Virus record (IMG/VR): IMGVR_UViG_3300028829_005735
Coordinates: 1-64,000 of that record
Source: a virus
Length of the DNA: 64,000 nucleotides
Strand: one strand, 5' to 3'
Every line of letters starts with the position of its first letter. Within the stretch, counting starts at the first letter, position 1. Shown here piece after piece: positions 9,656-19,226 of this stretch. The notes beneath the pieces are model-generated. The model made no database searches. It was not told the origin of the DNA and saw nothing but the letters and a program-made list of their open reading frames with translations. The translations under genes were made by a program, and so were the position numbers.

Positions 9656-10884
9656 TTAAAGATGTAATTAGAATATCAAAGGAACTGCTGTACGACAAAC
9701 CATTCTATGGTTCAGTACTACTCAGTCTTCATAAGGAAATAAGCCTACGTGTGCCTACTGCAATGGTAGGGCTAGAAGGTATTATGTTTAAGATGTCAGT
9801 TAATCCAGACTTTTGGAATACACTATCGGATAAACATAAGGAAGGATTGGTGCTCCATGAATTAGGACACATCATATATTTTCACCTTACCGAATACGAC
9901 CACCTTAAGGATAAGGAAATAGCTAATATAGCTATGGACTTATTCATCAATCAAACCATCGATGCTGAACTACTGCCTGACGGTGGGTGTACCCTTGATA
10001 AGTTTGACAATATGGAGGCAGGTAAGACCACCAATTGGTACTATGAGAAACTCATGGAAAACAAGAAGGGTGGCAAAGATAAAACCCTTAACAATATGTT
10101 AGCCGCTGGTAGTGGAAATAAGGGGGAAGGAAGTCCGAAGGACAAAGATGGTAATGCTCCCGTTGGTGGGCAACAAGCAAAGGATAAGAACGGTAAGCCT
10201 ATCACGGTACCTGACCATTCGTGGGAAGATATTAAAAATGCATCAGACCCAATCAAGAAGATGGTTGGTAAGAATACCGAAAATATGCTTCGTACTATCA
10301 TCAAACAAGTCGGCACTAAACCCGGTAGTTTACCTGCAGGATTAGAAGATATGCTTAAAAAGATGGACGTTATTGAGCCACCTAAATTCAATTGGAGAGC
10401 TTTCGTAAAACGTTTCGTAGGTACATCAACTAAAACTCACATAGCTAAAACTCGTCGTAAAAAGAGTAATAGATTCCCATCAATGCAGGGTAGTAGAGAA
10501 AAGTATTTCTCAAATATACTCATCGGTATCGACACATCTGGTTCCGTATCTGTAGAAGAACTCATGGAATTTCAAAATGAGCTACACCATATGCATAAGA
10601 CGGGGCATACTATCGAGATTATCCTATGTGATACTATTATACAAGATCAGTTCATATTTAATCCTAAAAAACCTTTATCTGTAAAAGGTAGGGGAGGAAC
10701 TAATTTTGCACCTGTAGTAGATTACTACCAGAAGAATCTTAAAAAATACTCCTGCCTCATCTATCTTACCGATGGTGAATCTTGGGATGTTAAAGAAGCA
10801 CGAGGACAAATACTATGGTGTCACTCCTCAGCTTGTGACCAAATCAATGAGTCACTTCCAGGAAGGAAGATAAAATTAAACTAA
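9652..10884 (+). CDS. DUF2201-type metallopeptidase + VWA domain protein
   Basis: HELGH zincin motif, NIAMDLFIN, MIDAS DTSGS, GRGGTNF, YLTDG. Confidence 0.9.
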   Translation: MIKDVIRISKELLYDKPFYGSVLLSLHKEISLRVPTAMVGLEGIMFKMSVNPDFWNTLSDKHKEGLVLHELGHIIYFHLTEYDHLKDKEIANIAMDLFINQTIDAELLPDGGCTLDKFDNMEAGKTTNWYYEKLMENKKGGKDKTLNNMLAAGSGNKGEGSPKDKDGNAPVGGQQAKDKNGKPITVPDHSWEDIKNASDPIKKMVGKNTENMLRTIIKQVGTKPGSLPAGLEDMLKKMDVIEPPKFNWRAFVKRFVGTSTKTHIAKTRRKKSNRFPSMQGSREKYFSNILIGIDTSGSVSVEELMEFQNELHHMHKTGHTIEIILCDTIIQDQFIFNPKKPLSVKGRGGTNFAPVVDYYQKNLKKYSCLIYLTDGESWDVKEARGQILWCHSSACDQINESLPGRKIKLN

Positions 10885-10905
10885 CTATTTTTTATTTAAT
10901 ACAGT

Positions 10906-12147
10906 ATGAGCAAAAAATCACAACAATCCGAAATCAACATTGAGCAGTTGCAATCTGTTCTATTACACACAATTAACACTAACTTGGAATTACAAGCAAA
11001 AGGTATTATGCCAATTGCTATGAATGTAATTGGAGATGCAGGGCTTGGTAAGACCAGCGTTATTGAGCAAGTTGGTAAGAGTCTTGGGTATAAGCCTGAG
11101 AACATCGTGAAACTTAACCTAGCAACTCTTGAGGAGATAGGTGACCTTATCGGTATTCCTGTTACCGAATATAAAATGGTTAAAAGAATCGAGTCTCAAG
11201 AAGAAGGTGGTAAAGCACGTAACCAAATTGTATGGGTTAAAGAGGCAGCCATCGAGAGTTACAATGGATTAGGCTTCAAGACAAGTACCGAATCTCGTAT
11301 GGGGTATTCAATCCCTGAATGGATAGCGGGAAAGAGTGGTAATGGTATCTTAATCCTTGATGACTACACTAGGGCAAACCAACGATTTACTCAAGCCGTA
11401 ATGGAGCTGATTGACCGTCAAGAGTATGCTACTTGGAAGTTACCTCAAGGATGGACTATCTTCCTATCGTCTAACCCAGATGATGGAATGTATAATGTTA
11501 CCGACCAGGATCCGGCACAGCAATCAAGATACATGAATGTGAATCTTAAATTTGATGCTGAGATTTGGGCTAAGTGGGCTGAAAAGTCTGGTATCGATAG
11601 CCGTTGCATTAACTTTACCCTTATGAACAAGGAGATTATGTCTACTGAAGGAAAGCATGTAAATGCTAGAAGTATGACAAAATTCTTCAACATCATCAGT
11701 AGCATTAAGGATTTCAACACGGATGAAAGTCTTGAGTTAATCCAGTTGCTAGGTGAAGGTTCATTAGGACCTGAAGTTACAATTCAATTTACAGCGTTCA
11801 TCCACAACAAGATGGATAAATTAATCACAACTGAGGAGTTGATTGACGACAAAACCAAGTGGGACAAGATAGAAGGAAAGCTTGAGAAGTTAATCAACGG
11901 TAGTGGTACATATAGAGGTGACATAGCCTTTGTAATTACTACTAGGTTGATGAACCACATTGCCTTCAATATGAAGGATGATGAATTCACAGATGCTCTT
12001 AAAGATAGAATGGAGGAGGTTATTACCTCTCCTGTACTTGGAGGAGATTTGAAGTTCGTCCTTGGTCGTAAACTGATTAACATGGAGGGTGGGAAATTCA
12101 CTCAACTGTTATTCAACGACTACGTGGTTGACAACATACTTGAGTAA
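10906..12147 (+). CDS. MoxR-like AAA+ ATPase
   Basis: GDAGLGKT, EIGDLIGIP, ILILDDYTRA, SSNP, DPAQQSR, NARS. Confidence 0.9.
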   Translation: MSKKSQQSEINIEQLQSVLLHTINTNLELQAKGIMPIAMNVIGDAGLGKTSVIEQVGKSLGYKPENIVKLNLATLEEIGDLIGIPVTEYKMVKRIESQEEGGKARNQIVWVKEAAIESYNGLGFKTSTESRMGYSIPEWIAGKSGNGILILDDYTRANQRFTQAVMELIDRQEYATWKLPQGWTIFLSSNPDDGMYNVTDQDPAQQSRYMNVNLKFDAEIWAKWAEKSGIDSRCINFTLMNKEIMSTEGKHVNARSMTKFFNIISSIKDFNTDESLELIQLLGEGSLGPEVTIQFTAFIHNKMDKLITTEELIDDKTKWDKIEGKLEKLINGSGTYRGDIAFVITTRLMNHIAFNMKDDEFTDALKDRMEEVITSPVLGGDLKFVLGRKLINMEGGKFTQLLFNDYVVDNILE

Positions 12148-12153
12148 AATACC

Positions 12154-12182
12154 AGGGGGAGTTTAGGCTCCCCCTTTATTTA
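12154..12182 (+). terminator. intrinsic terminator
   Basis: AGGGGGAGT-TTAG-GCTCCCCCT followed by TTATTT. Confidence 0.75.
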
Positions 12183-12697
12183 TGAGAGAAAAAAGAATAT
12201 TAAAATCTACCGATTACGATCGGTTAAAGAAAATGATTAATGGCACAGACGAAGATCTGAATTTAGTTATAAGTCTCATCGATACTTGTAATATAGAGGA
12301 ATCGTTTCGTTATATATTGTGTTTAATTCCACAGCGTTGGAATACCAAGTACGTAATGAGTAGTCAATTGATGGTAAGTCCAAGGCTATATGCCTACGTT
12401 TACGACCTTGTTGGTGGAGCTAAAGGTATCCCTACAGAAGTTACATTAGATTTTATGATGGAACTCTGGGCATTACATTCAGAAAAACATAACTTGCAAC
12501 CTTCGGCACGAGTAATTAAATCAATTTGTACCGAGTATAGGGTAAACGAAAATAGTACCGACGACAGAAAGGTAAGAGGTATGTTTGACAGAGGAGCTAT
12601 AGATGCACAAAAAAGAGCAGCTGCAGCACAAGCAAAAGCATCAAAAGCAAAGAGTACCAAAAAGTTTGGTAACGATCCATTTAAGAATCTAAAATGA
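12182..12697 (+). CDS. hypothetical helical protein (YDRLKKMINGTDEDLNLV motif)
   Basis: 171-aa ORF; N-terminus resembles that of 9227..9655. Confidence 0.75.
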   Translation: MREKRILKSTDYDRLKKMINGTDEDLNLVISLIDTCNIEESFRYILCLIPQRWNTKYVMSSQLMVSPRLYAYVYDLVGGAKGIPTEVTLDFMMELWALHSEKHNLQPSARVIKSICTEYRVNENSTDDRKVRGMFDRGAIDAQKRAAAAQAKASKAKSTKKFGNDPFKNLK

Positions 12698-13767
12698 CAA
12701 ATAAATTATCAACAGACATCGGAGTAGATGCTGTATCCAAAGAAGAGTTTCAAAAAGAAAAGTTCTACTTCAGCTTCAGTTCATTAGTGAAGTTATTGTT
12801 AGATCCTAAAGTCTTTTACAATGACTATGTGTTACGTCAACGTAAAGATATAAGTGCAAAGCACCTTGATATCGGACAGCTATTGCATTGTCTTGTGCTT
12901 GAACCTGAGAACTTCGACGATAATTTCGTTGTAATGCCTGGGAAAATACCAACTCCTTCAGCTAAAGCTGTAATAGACGACTTGTGGAGGCTGCATGGTA
13001 GACCGGCAATGCTTGATGGTCAAGTCAACAATCCTGTCATGGGACAATTCAAAGATGAGATTATAGAACTGTTAAAGAAGGCAGAGCTATATCAAAATCT
13101 AGTAGACGCTAAACGTGCGGATAAGAATGGCAACACTCTTACTGGTGATGAAAAACGTTTAGAAAAGATTATCACAATAGAGAATAAAAAGTATTGGGAT
13201 GTATTGATATTAGGGGAGAAGAAAACCATTGTCGATTTAGATATGGTTCAAAAGGCTGACGTAAAAGCAAAGGCAATACTTGCCTCTAAGAAGGCTCTAC
13301 CTTATATTACTTCCGATACCATCAAAAAAGATATTCGGAAAGAGATGGAGCTTAAATGCGACCTGCCCGGATATGATTTCGGTCTTAAAGGAATCATCGA
13401 TTGCGTTTTAGTTGACAACGAGAACGAAACAATCTATGTAACCGACTTGAAGACCACCTCAAAAGATATGAGAGATTGGTTAAAAGATTTCCCAACATCT
13501 GAATATATGTATTGGTTGCAAGCAATCATATACAAACAGTTAATTATGTCGTTGGTTCCAGAGAATAGTAAACGTGCATGGAAATTAGTGTTCACTTTCC
13601 TTGTGATCGATGGAAACGATAAAGTTTATCCGTTCAATGTATCTGCTGACTCCCTTAGAGAATGGGAGATTAAGGCTAAAGATAAGTTTGACGAGGCTAA
13701 ATGGCATTACGAGGAGCACAACTATGATTTACCAATGGCCTACGAACTCGGGCTTGTAGAATTGTAA
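12694..13767 (+). CDS. PD-(D/E)xK exonuclease (RecE/Exo VIII-like)
   Basis: SFSSL, GQLLHCLVLEP, LKGIID, DLKTT, YWLQAIIY. Confidence 0.88.
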   Translation: MTNKLSTDIGVDAVSKEEFQKEKFYFSFSSLVKLLLDPKVFYNDYVLRQRKDISAKHLDIGQLLHCLVLEPENFDDNFVVMPGKIPTPSAKAVIDDLWRLHGRPAMLDGQVNNPVMGQFKDEIIELLKKAELYQNLVDAKRADKNGNTLTGDEKRLEKIITIENKKYWDVLILGEKKTIVDLDMVQKADVKAKAILASKKALPYITSDTIKKDIRKEMELKCDLPGYDFGLKGIIDCVLVDNENETIYVTDLKTTSKDMRDWLKDFPTSEYMYWLQAIIYKQLIMSLVPENSKRAWKLVFTFLVIDGNDKVYPFNVSADSLREWEIKAKDKFDEAKWHYEEHNYDLPMAYELGLVEL

Positions 13768-13784
13768 GAGATTCTATATATTTG
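13753..13784 (+). promoter_or_regulatory. Bacteroidota sigma-ABfr-type promoter
   Basis: CTTG (13753) - 20 bp - TATATTTG (13777-13784) matches -33 TTTG / -7 TAnnTTTG, 16 bp before ATG 13801. Confidence 0.65.
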
Positions 13785-13800
13785 AAAAAAATAAAAAATA

Positions 13801-14295
13801 ATGGCAGTCGCAGAAAAGAAACCAACAAAAAAGACATCCAAAAAAAAATCGGATGCACCAAAAGTAGATAAGGAGGCTACTCAAAGAAACGTACAAGCAG
13901 CTCAAACGATTAACACATTACCTCGAATAGGAAACATCCTATTGGTGACAAGTGTGCACAAGTCAAACGACAACAAGATTATACCAAGTTTTTGTGGTAT
14001 ACCGATGGATGATAAGTGTCCATTTGTTGAGCTTATGTTCGATCCCGAAACAAAAACGTTAGGTGTTATCACCAAGCATAAAAAACCAATGTTCCAATTA
14101 GTTCCTAAGATTGACAATTTAGGGCAAGCAAAAAGGAATACAGGTCGTAATTCGGATCAGCTTCCTTACCACCAAGAACGTCATATCATGGATACATACC
14201 ATGAACAATACATTAGAACTCCAGAAGAAATCGATGCATTCTTAAAGATGTATGCAATAAACGACGACTTCAATTGGAATCAGTTTTTAGTGTAA
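13801..14295 (+). CDS. conserved phage hypothetical protein
   Basis: 164-aa ORF with its own promoter and terminator (monocistronic unit). Confidence 0.8.
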   Translation: MAVAEKKPTKKTSKKKSDAPKVDKEATQRNVQAAQTINTLPRIGNILLVTSVHKSNDNKIIPSFCGIPMDDKCPFVELMFDPETKTLGVITKHKKPMFQLVPKIDNLGQAKRNTGRNSDQLPYHQERHIMDTYHEQYIRTPEEIDAFLKMYAINDDFNWNQFLV

Positions 14296-14311
14296 CATAT
14301 TATTAATTACG

Positions 14312-14344
14312 AAAGGGTATTGAGAAATCGATACCCTTTTTTTT
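14312..14344 (+). terminator. intrinsic terminator
   Basis: AAAGGGTATTGA-GAAA-TCGATACCCTTT plus T-run. Confidence 0.88.
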
Positions 14345-14358
14345 ATCTCTTATTGTTT

Positions 14359-16419
14359 ATGAAGAAGACCAGAGTGTATGACTATGAGACAATTAAAAAC
14401 TGTTTCTTAGCCATGTACATAAACATTAAGGATCCCAAAGACATTGTAGAATTTGAGGTATCCGATTTCAAAAATGAATTCAAGGAGTACCTTTTATTCC
14501 AGCAGAAACTTATCAAAAGTAAACAGTACATTGTATCATTCAATGGACTACAATTTGATTCACAAGTTGCTGTATTTTGTATTAAGAATCGAAGCCGTCT
14601 ACTAAGATTAACCGGTGGAGAAATTGCCCGTGAAATATTTAAGTTCGTTCAGGAATTACTTGAACTTAAGAACGAGAAAGGCTGGATGAAATATCCTGTA
14701 GCCGACTTACCATTTAATGAGATTGACCTAGCTGCTATTAACAATTACAATAACAAGCAGAAGTTTGCCTCATTAAAATGGTTACAATATAACATGGACT
14801 GGCACAATATCATGGATATGAATTGTAAGCCAGAAGACATCCTTACTCAGGAACAAATCAAGGACCTACGAAAATATTGTATTAACGATTGTATGTCTAC
14901 TCGTGCACTACTTGCTCTGAACACCCAGCTTATACATGTACGTGATGATTTATCTGAACACTTTAAGTTAGACCTGCAGAACCTGTCGGAACCAAAACTT
15001 GTTAAAGCTATCCTTATGGATTTACTTAGCAAAGATATGGGGATTAGTAGACGGGAACTCAAGGACAAACGTACCTATAGGAGGGTAATACCTTTGCAAG
15101 ATGCTATCCTACCGTATATTAAATTCAAGACTCGACCTCTACAGAAAACACTCAATACTTTTAAAGGATTGGAGTTGGATGGGGAGAACTTAAAAGGTAG
15201 CTTCAAACATAAAGTGACCTACCGGGGATTAGAATTTTCATTTGCCCTTGGTGGAATCCATGGTGCCAAGCGAGGATTGTATAAGCAAGGAAAGGGAATG
15301 ATTGTTAAGTCATTCGATGTTAAGTCCTACTATCCAAACTTATGTATTAGAAATGGATGGAGTCCTGCTCACCTGCCGTCAGAAATATTCTGCGAAAGAT
15401 ACGAGTGGTTCTACAACGAGAGGTTAAAGTACCCTAAGAGTAATCCTCTCAACTATCTGTATAAAATTGTACTTAATTCAGCATTTGGATTAAGTAATGA
15501 TCAACACTCATTCCTAAAGGATGGATTGCTCACAATGCAAATCACCTGTAATGGACAATTGTTATTGGTACAACTCATGGAAGAATTGTGTGAGCAGATA
15601 CCAGGAGCACGACCAGTAATGGTAAACACAGATGGTGGTGAAATAATATTCCCGGAAGAGTATGAAGATCTATACAATGAGATTTGTGCTAAATGGGAGA
15701 AGATGACAAACCTTGTGCTTGAATACGAGCATTATGAAAAGCTTATCATATGGGATGTAAATAATTACATTGGAATCTTCCGAGGCTACGAGATAGATTT
15801 TGAAGAGGCAAAAAAGTTATTCCATAGTGAGTATCCAAAGCCTTTAATAAAGAAGGTGGACGGTAAGTATTATCACTATCCTGTTAAATGTAAAGGACGA
15901 TTTGATGTCAACAAGGAGCTCCATAAAAATAAGAGTTTCCGTGTGAAGGCAATTGCTATATACAATCATTTTGTACACGGCATGAAACCAGAACGATCGA
16001 TTGAGAAGTGTACAAACATCTATGATTTTTGTGCAGGTATCCGAGCAAAAGGGGATTGGAAAATAAAACAAACTTGTGTTGAAGACGGGACGTTATATAA
16101 CAATGACACCCAAAAAACAGTACGTTATTTTGTATCCGGGAAGGGATGTAAACTAATCAAGGAAGAAAGAAAGATAGCAACCGAAGATGTTGAGATTGTA
16201 AATGCCAAAGGTAAAATTACAAAGTCTTACAAGAAGGGTGACCTATTAATAAAGACCGAGAAAGTTGAAGCTTCAGCAGTACTGGAACAAGTTGCAATTG
16301 AAATCGATGACAATAAAGATTTCAAAGATTACAATATCAATAAGCAGTTCTACATGAATTTAATTCGAAAGGAAATTGAATCGGTTGAACCTATTTATTC
16401 ACAAACAACATTACTTTAA
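14359..16419 (+). CDS. polB: family B DNA polymerase with 3'-5' exonuclease
   Basis: ExoI YDYET, ExoII FNGLQFD, ExoIII YCIND; motif A FDVKSYYP, B KIVLNSAFG, C NTDG; start moved to ATG 14359 past the terminator. Confidence 0.93.
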   Translation: MKKTRVYDYETIKNCFLAMYINIKDPKDIVEFEVSDFKNEFKEYLLFQQKLIKSKQYIVSFNGLQFDSQVAVFCIKNRSRLLRLTGGEIAREIFKFVQELLELKNEKGWMKYPVADLPFNEIDLAAINNYNNKQKFASLKWLQYNMDWHNIMDMNCKPEDILTQEQIKDLRKYCINDCMSTRALLALNTQLIHVRDDLSEHFKLDLQNLSEPKLVKAILMDLLSKDMGISRRELKDKRTYRRVIPLQDAILPYIKFKTRPLQKTLNTFKGLELDGENLKGSFKHKVTYRGLEFSFALGGIHGAKRGLYKQGKGMIVKSFDVKSYYPNLCIRNGWSPAHLPSEIFCERYEWFYNERLKYPKSNPLNYLYKIVLNSAFGLSNDQHSFLKDGLLTMQITCNGQLLLVQLMEELCEQIPGARPVMVNTDGGEIIFPEEYEDLYNEICAKWEKMTNLVLEYEHYEKLIIWDVNNYIGIFRGYEIDFEEAKKLFHSEYPKPLIKKVDGKYYHYPVKCKGRFDVNKELHKNKSFRVKAIAIYNHFVHGMKPERSIEKCTNIYDFCAGIRAKGDWKIKQTCVEDGTLYNNDTQKTVRYFVSGKGCKLIKEERKIATEDVEIVNAKGKITKSYKKGDLLIKTEKVEASAVLEQVAIEIDDNKDFKDYNINKQFYMNLIRKEIESVEPIYSQTTLL

Positions 16420-18119
16420 TGGCAAAGAACACAGACAAAGGTGTGTGTACTGAGAAGTTTTTAATCTCAGTACCACTACCACAACAGACTGACACGTACA
16501 CTGTTATTTCTCACGAAGATATAATCCAAAAGGTTGAGAATGAATTAAACAATGCGAGTCTGGAGATAGAAGATATTCATTACAGCTATTCATATGCTGG
16601 TGAAGTAGCACTTGCAAAAGTGTATATCAAATCAACAGTAGATGCAGATATGGGAATGCTATTCACATGGCAGAACTCATATAACAAGAAGGTTAAATTC
16701 TCTTGTGCTATTGGTGGTTACATCCATGACAACAAGGCTTCCTTAATTGGAACTGAAGGTTTGTCTTGGATACGTAAGCATACTGGAGATGCTGACAAAG
16801 AAGCATACGAAGTTATCGAAGGGTTAATTGATAATGCTCATCAACACTTTACTAAAGTGATTGCTGAGAAAGAACGTATGAAAGCAATGCAGATTGATGA
16901 GGAGGGTTATGGTCGTGTTATGGGGGCATTGTACTTTGAACATGAGTTAGTTACTCCTACGCAAGCTATGGCTGTAAAGAAAGAACGTACTAAGCCTGTA
17001 CATACCTATACCGATAGAGATACTTTATGGGGATTGTACAAATTGTTAATGTACGGTCTTGAGAATATCGACATCACCCGATGGCAAGGTAACCAGCAAA
17101 AGCTACACCATATGATTATGGCAGAGTATGCTATCTCTCAAGAGGAGATACAAGAAAAGTTAGCTGAAGCATTAGTTTCACCACTCAAGGAGGATATAAA
17201 GTTACCGTTGTCTACCTTACCTGAATCAGAAGAAAAGGGTGAGTACTCATGGAATACAGATGGTAATGAAGAGGAAGTTCAGGAGGTCGATGAGGATAAT
17301 CTTGTTGAAGATCCTATTAAATTGGCTGAAGAAGTTATCAACGGTGGTAAACCTAATGGTACAATTACCGAGGAAGTTACAGATGTGACTGCAGAAATGA
17401 TAGAGGAGGCAAAGCCTAACCTTGATAAAACATTAGAGGTAGACTTCCTATCTGAAGTTCAGGAGGAGGTTGAAGAAACTCTTGAACCTGCAGGATTATT
17501 CGAAGCTTCAGATGACTCATTAGATGGATTATTTCCAGAGGACAATGAAGCTGAAGAAATTAGCACGGAGGTTGAAGATAATTTAGCAGAGGAGGAAGTA
17601 GTAGTTGATGTTGAGGCTAGTGTTAATGAGGAACCACAGATGGAGGTGGTAGATCCAAAATCTCCAGAAGAATTAGCAGAGATTGCTAATGCAGCTTTCG
17701 AAGGGGATGCTATTGTTCATACGAAAACTCTTACTAAGGAGGAGTGTATCGAAGAGTATGGTGACATACTTGATGGTAAACAAAAGGAAGCATTGCTAGA
17801 TGCTGGTTCTAAAGTAAACGAACCGGTTCAAATCATTGCTCCAAAGATTAATCTTCCAGAGAAAGAAAAAGAAGTAACAAGGTCACAAAATCCTGTTACT
17901 CCTGAAGATGCACATAAGCCTGAAGAAGAAAGCTTCTTAGATATCCAAGAGCATAATGGTCTTACAGTTCCTGAAGGAATGGTAGAACATGCAGCTATGG
18001 CCGAGAAACGAATGATTATTCTTTACGGAGCTGTACGTCCATACGACATGAGTGTTACGGATAAACAATTGAATGTAACTATTGAAGATACATTCGAGAG
18101 TTTCCACGTACCATTATAG
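16419..18119 (+). CDS. DUF932-like protein with long acidic C-terminal extension
   Basis: TDTYTVISHEDII, NSYNK, RKHTG motifs; about 300-aa Glu/Asp-rich tail. Confidence 0.7.
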   Translation: MAKNTDKGVCTEKFLISVPLPQQTDTYTVISHEDIIQKVENELNNASLEIEDIHYSYSYAGEVALAKVYIKSTVDADMGMLFTWQNSYNKKVKFSCAIGGYIHDNKASLIGTEGLSWIRKHTGDADKEAYEVIEGLIDNAHQHFTKVIAEKERMKAMQIDEEGYGRVMGALYFEHELVTPTQAMAVKKERTKPVHTYTDRDTLWGLYKLLMYGLENIDITRWQGNQQKLHHMIMAEYAISQEEIQEKLAEALVSPLKEDIKLPLSTLPESEEKGEYSWNTDGNEEEVQEVDEDNLVEDPIKLAEEVINGGKPNGTITEEVTDVTAEMIEEAKPNLDKTLEVDFLSEVQEEVEETLEPAGLFEASDDSLDGLFPEDNEAEEISTEVEDNLAEEEVVVDVEASVNEEPQMEVVDPKSPEELAEIANAAFEGDAIVHTKTLTKEECIEEYGDILDGKQKEALLDAGSKVNEPVQIIAPKINLPEKEKEVTRSQNPVTPEDAHKPEEESFLDIQEHNGLTVPEGMVEHAAMAEKRMIILYGAVRPYDMSVTDKQLNVTIEDTFESFHVPL

Positions 18120-18125
18120 AATTAT

Positions 18126-18300
18126 AAGAGGTGCGGAAGACAAAAGACATCCTCAATTCCGAGAGGATGTGTTAAGCAATTTACCCACGCAACATCAATA
18201 GTCCTCTATTTTGTATGCTATGATGCGGTTCGGATTGCCATGCGTAAAACCATCTTCTGCTTAAGTTCATGTGGTGAATGGGTAAAAAAGAGGTGTAACT
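18126..18300 (+). ncRNA. candidate structured non-coding RNA (unassigned)
   Basis: One of the longest intergenic gaps in the window; several complementary segments; ends at a GC-rich hairpin. Confidence 0.4.
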
Positions 18301-18301
18301 T

Positions 18302-18335
18302 AGCCCCCCGACCAGATAGGGGGGCTTTAATTTAA
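18302..18335 (+). terminator. intrinsic terminator
   Basis: AGCCCCCC-GACCAGATA-GGGGGGCT then TTAATTT. Confidence 0.7.
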
Positions 18336-18339
18336 TGCT

Positions 18340-18564
18340 ATGATAAGAAAACAAATTACTGTACCAAGATGGCAGGAAGTGGATGCTATATACGCAAGAA
18401 TGGTGTGTGAAGTTGAGGACCAATTTGGTTCAGAAGCTTGGAGAGAAATCAGAGCTGGAGATTATTGGGAGAAACGAGATGCTCTTCCCAACAATATGGA
18501 GAAACAAAAATTCACCATCGAGCGTATTGCCATCTGGAAAAGAGAACAAAAGAATGCAATATAA
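18340..18564 (+). CDS. hypothetical protein
   Basis: 74-aa ORF, first of the accessory operon. Confidence 0.65.
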   Translation: MIRKQITVPRWQEVDAIYARMVCEVEDQFGSEAWREIRAGDYWEKRDALPNNMEKQKFTIERIAIWKREQKNAI

Positions 18565-18832
18565 CTTCAAAATAAAATGGCTGTTTCCTGTATCGGATCA
18601 GTTATTCAAAAATAAAAAAGCTTATACTAAAGAATTGTATTCCGTAGTAAGAGCATTGGGAGCAAGTAGTCTTGATTGTATTAAGCTACTAGACTCAGAT
18701 GGAAAACTTATTGACAAGCATGTAAACAAGATAATCATGCCTTTTGATAAGTCCAATGAAAAAACCATTCGATATCTAAAGAAAAAGCTAAAGAATCCGA
18801 ATGTGTATTATGTAGAATTAATCCGTAAGTAA
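18554..18832 (+). CDS. hypothetical protein
   Basis: ATG 18554 (MQYNFK...), TAATG-coupled to the next gene. Confidence 0.65.
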   Translation: MQYNFKIKWLFPVSDQLFKNKKAYTKELYSVVRALGASSLDCIKLLDSDGKLIDKHVNKIIMPFDKSNEKTIRYLKKKLKNPNVYYVELIRK

Positions 18833-19032
18833 TGGAGGAATATAAAATAATTAGTGCCAACTCACCTAGTGACTTGAACACAAAAATCAAAAAACATATT
18901 GAAGAAGGATGGAAACCTGTAGGTTCTCATACAGCTGTACAGCTACATGCTCAACTCCGATATTCAGGTAGACAACACATGGATACCCATCATAAAGCTG
19001 AGTATGCACAAACAATGAGGAAGGATGGCTAA
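18832..19032 (+). CDS. DUF1737-like small protein
   Basis: YKIISA..DLNTKIKKHIEEGWKPVG...YAQTM pattern. Confidence 0.7.
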   Translation: MEEYKIISANSPSDLNTKIKKHIEEGWKPVGSHTAVQLHAQLRYSGRQHMDTHHKAEYAQTMRKDG

Positions 19033-19225
19033 AATAAAATACGATGTAATATCCCCAGATGGATTCTCTATCAGCAGGGATGAAATATGGGACAGTCCTG
19101 AAGAAGCTCACCTAGCTCTTACCATATGGATGGAGCGATATGAAAAACAAGGTTACTATAGCTCAAATCAAGGAAGGATTCCTATTAATGAATTGGAATC
19201 AAGATGTACAATCAAAACTATTTAA
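19025..19225 (+). CDS. hypothetical protein
   Basis: 66-aa ORF (YDVISPDGFSI...WxxRYEKQGYYSS). Confidence 0.7.
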   Translation: MAKIKYDVISPDGFSISRDEIWDSPEEAHLALTIWMERYEKQGYYSSNQGRIPINELESRCTIKTI

Positions 19226-19226
19226 A

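Noticed and set aside
14320-14358. TTG start and N-terminal extension of PolB in the ORF track
   Set aside because: It lies inside the terminator hairpin; ATG 14359 directly precedes the ExoI motif
18220-18245. GGTTCGGAT resembling a tRNA T-loop
   Set aside because: No T-stem, acceptor stem or cloverleaf can be built
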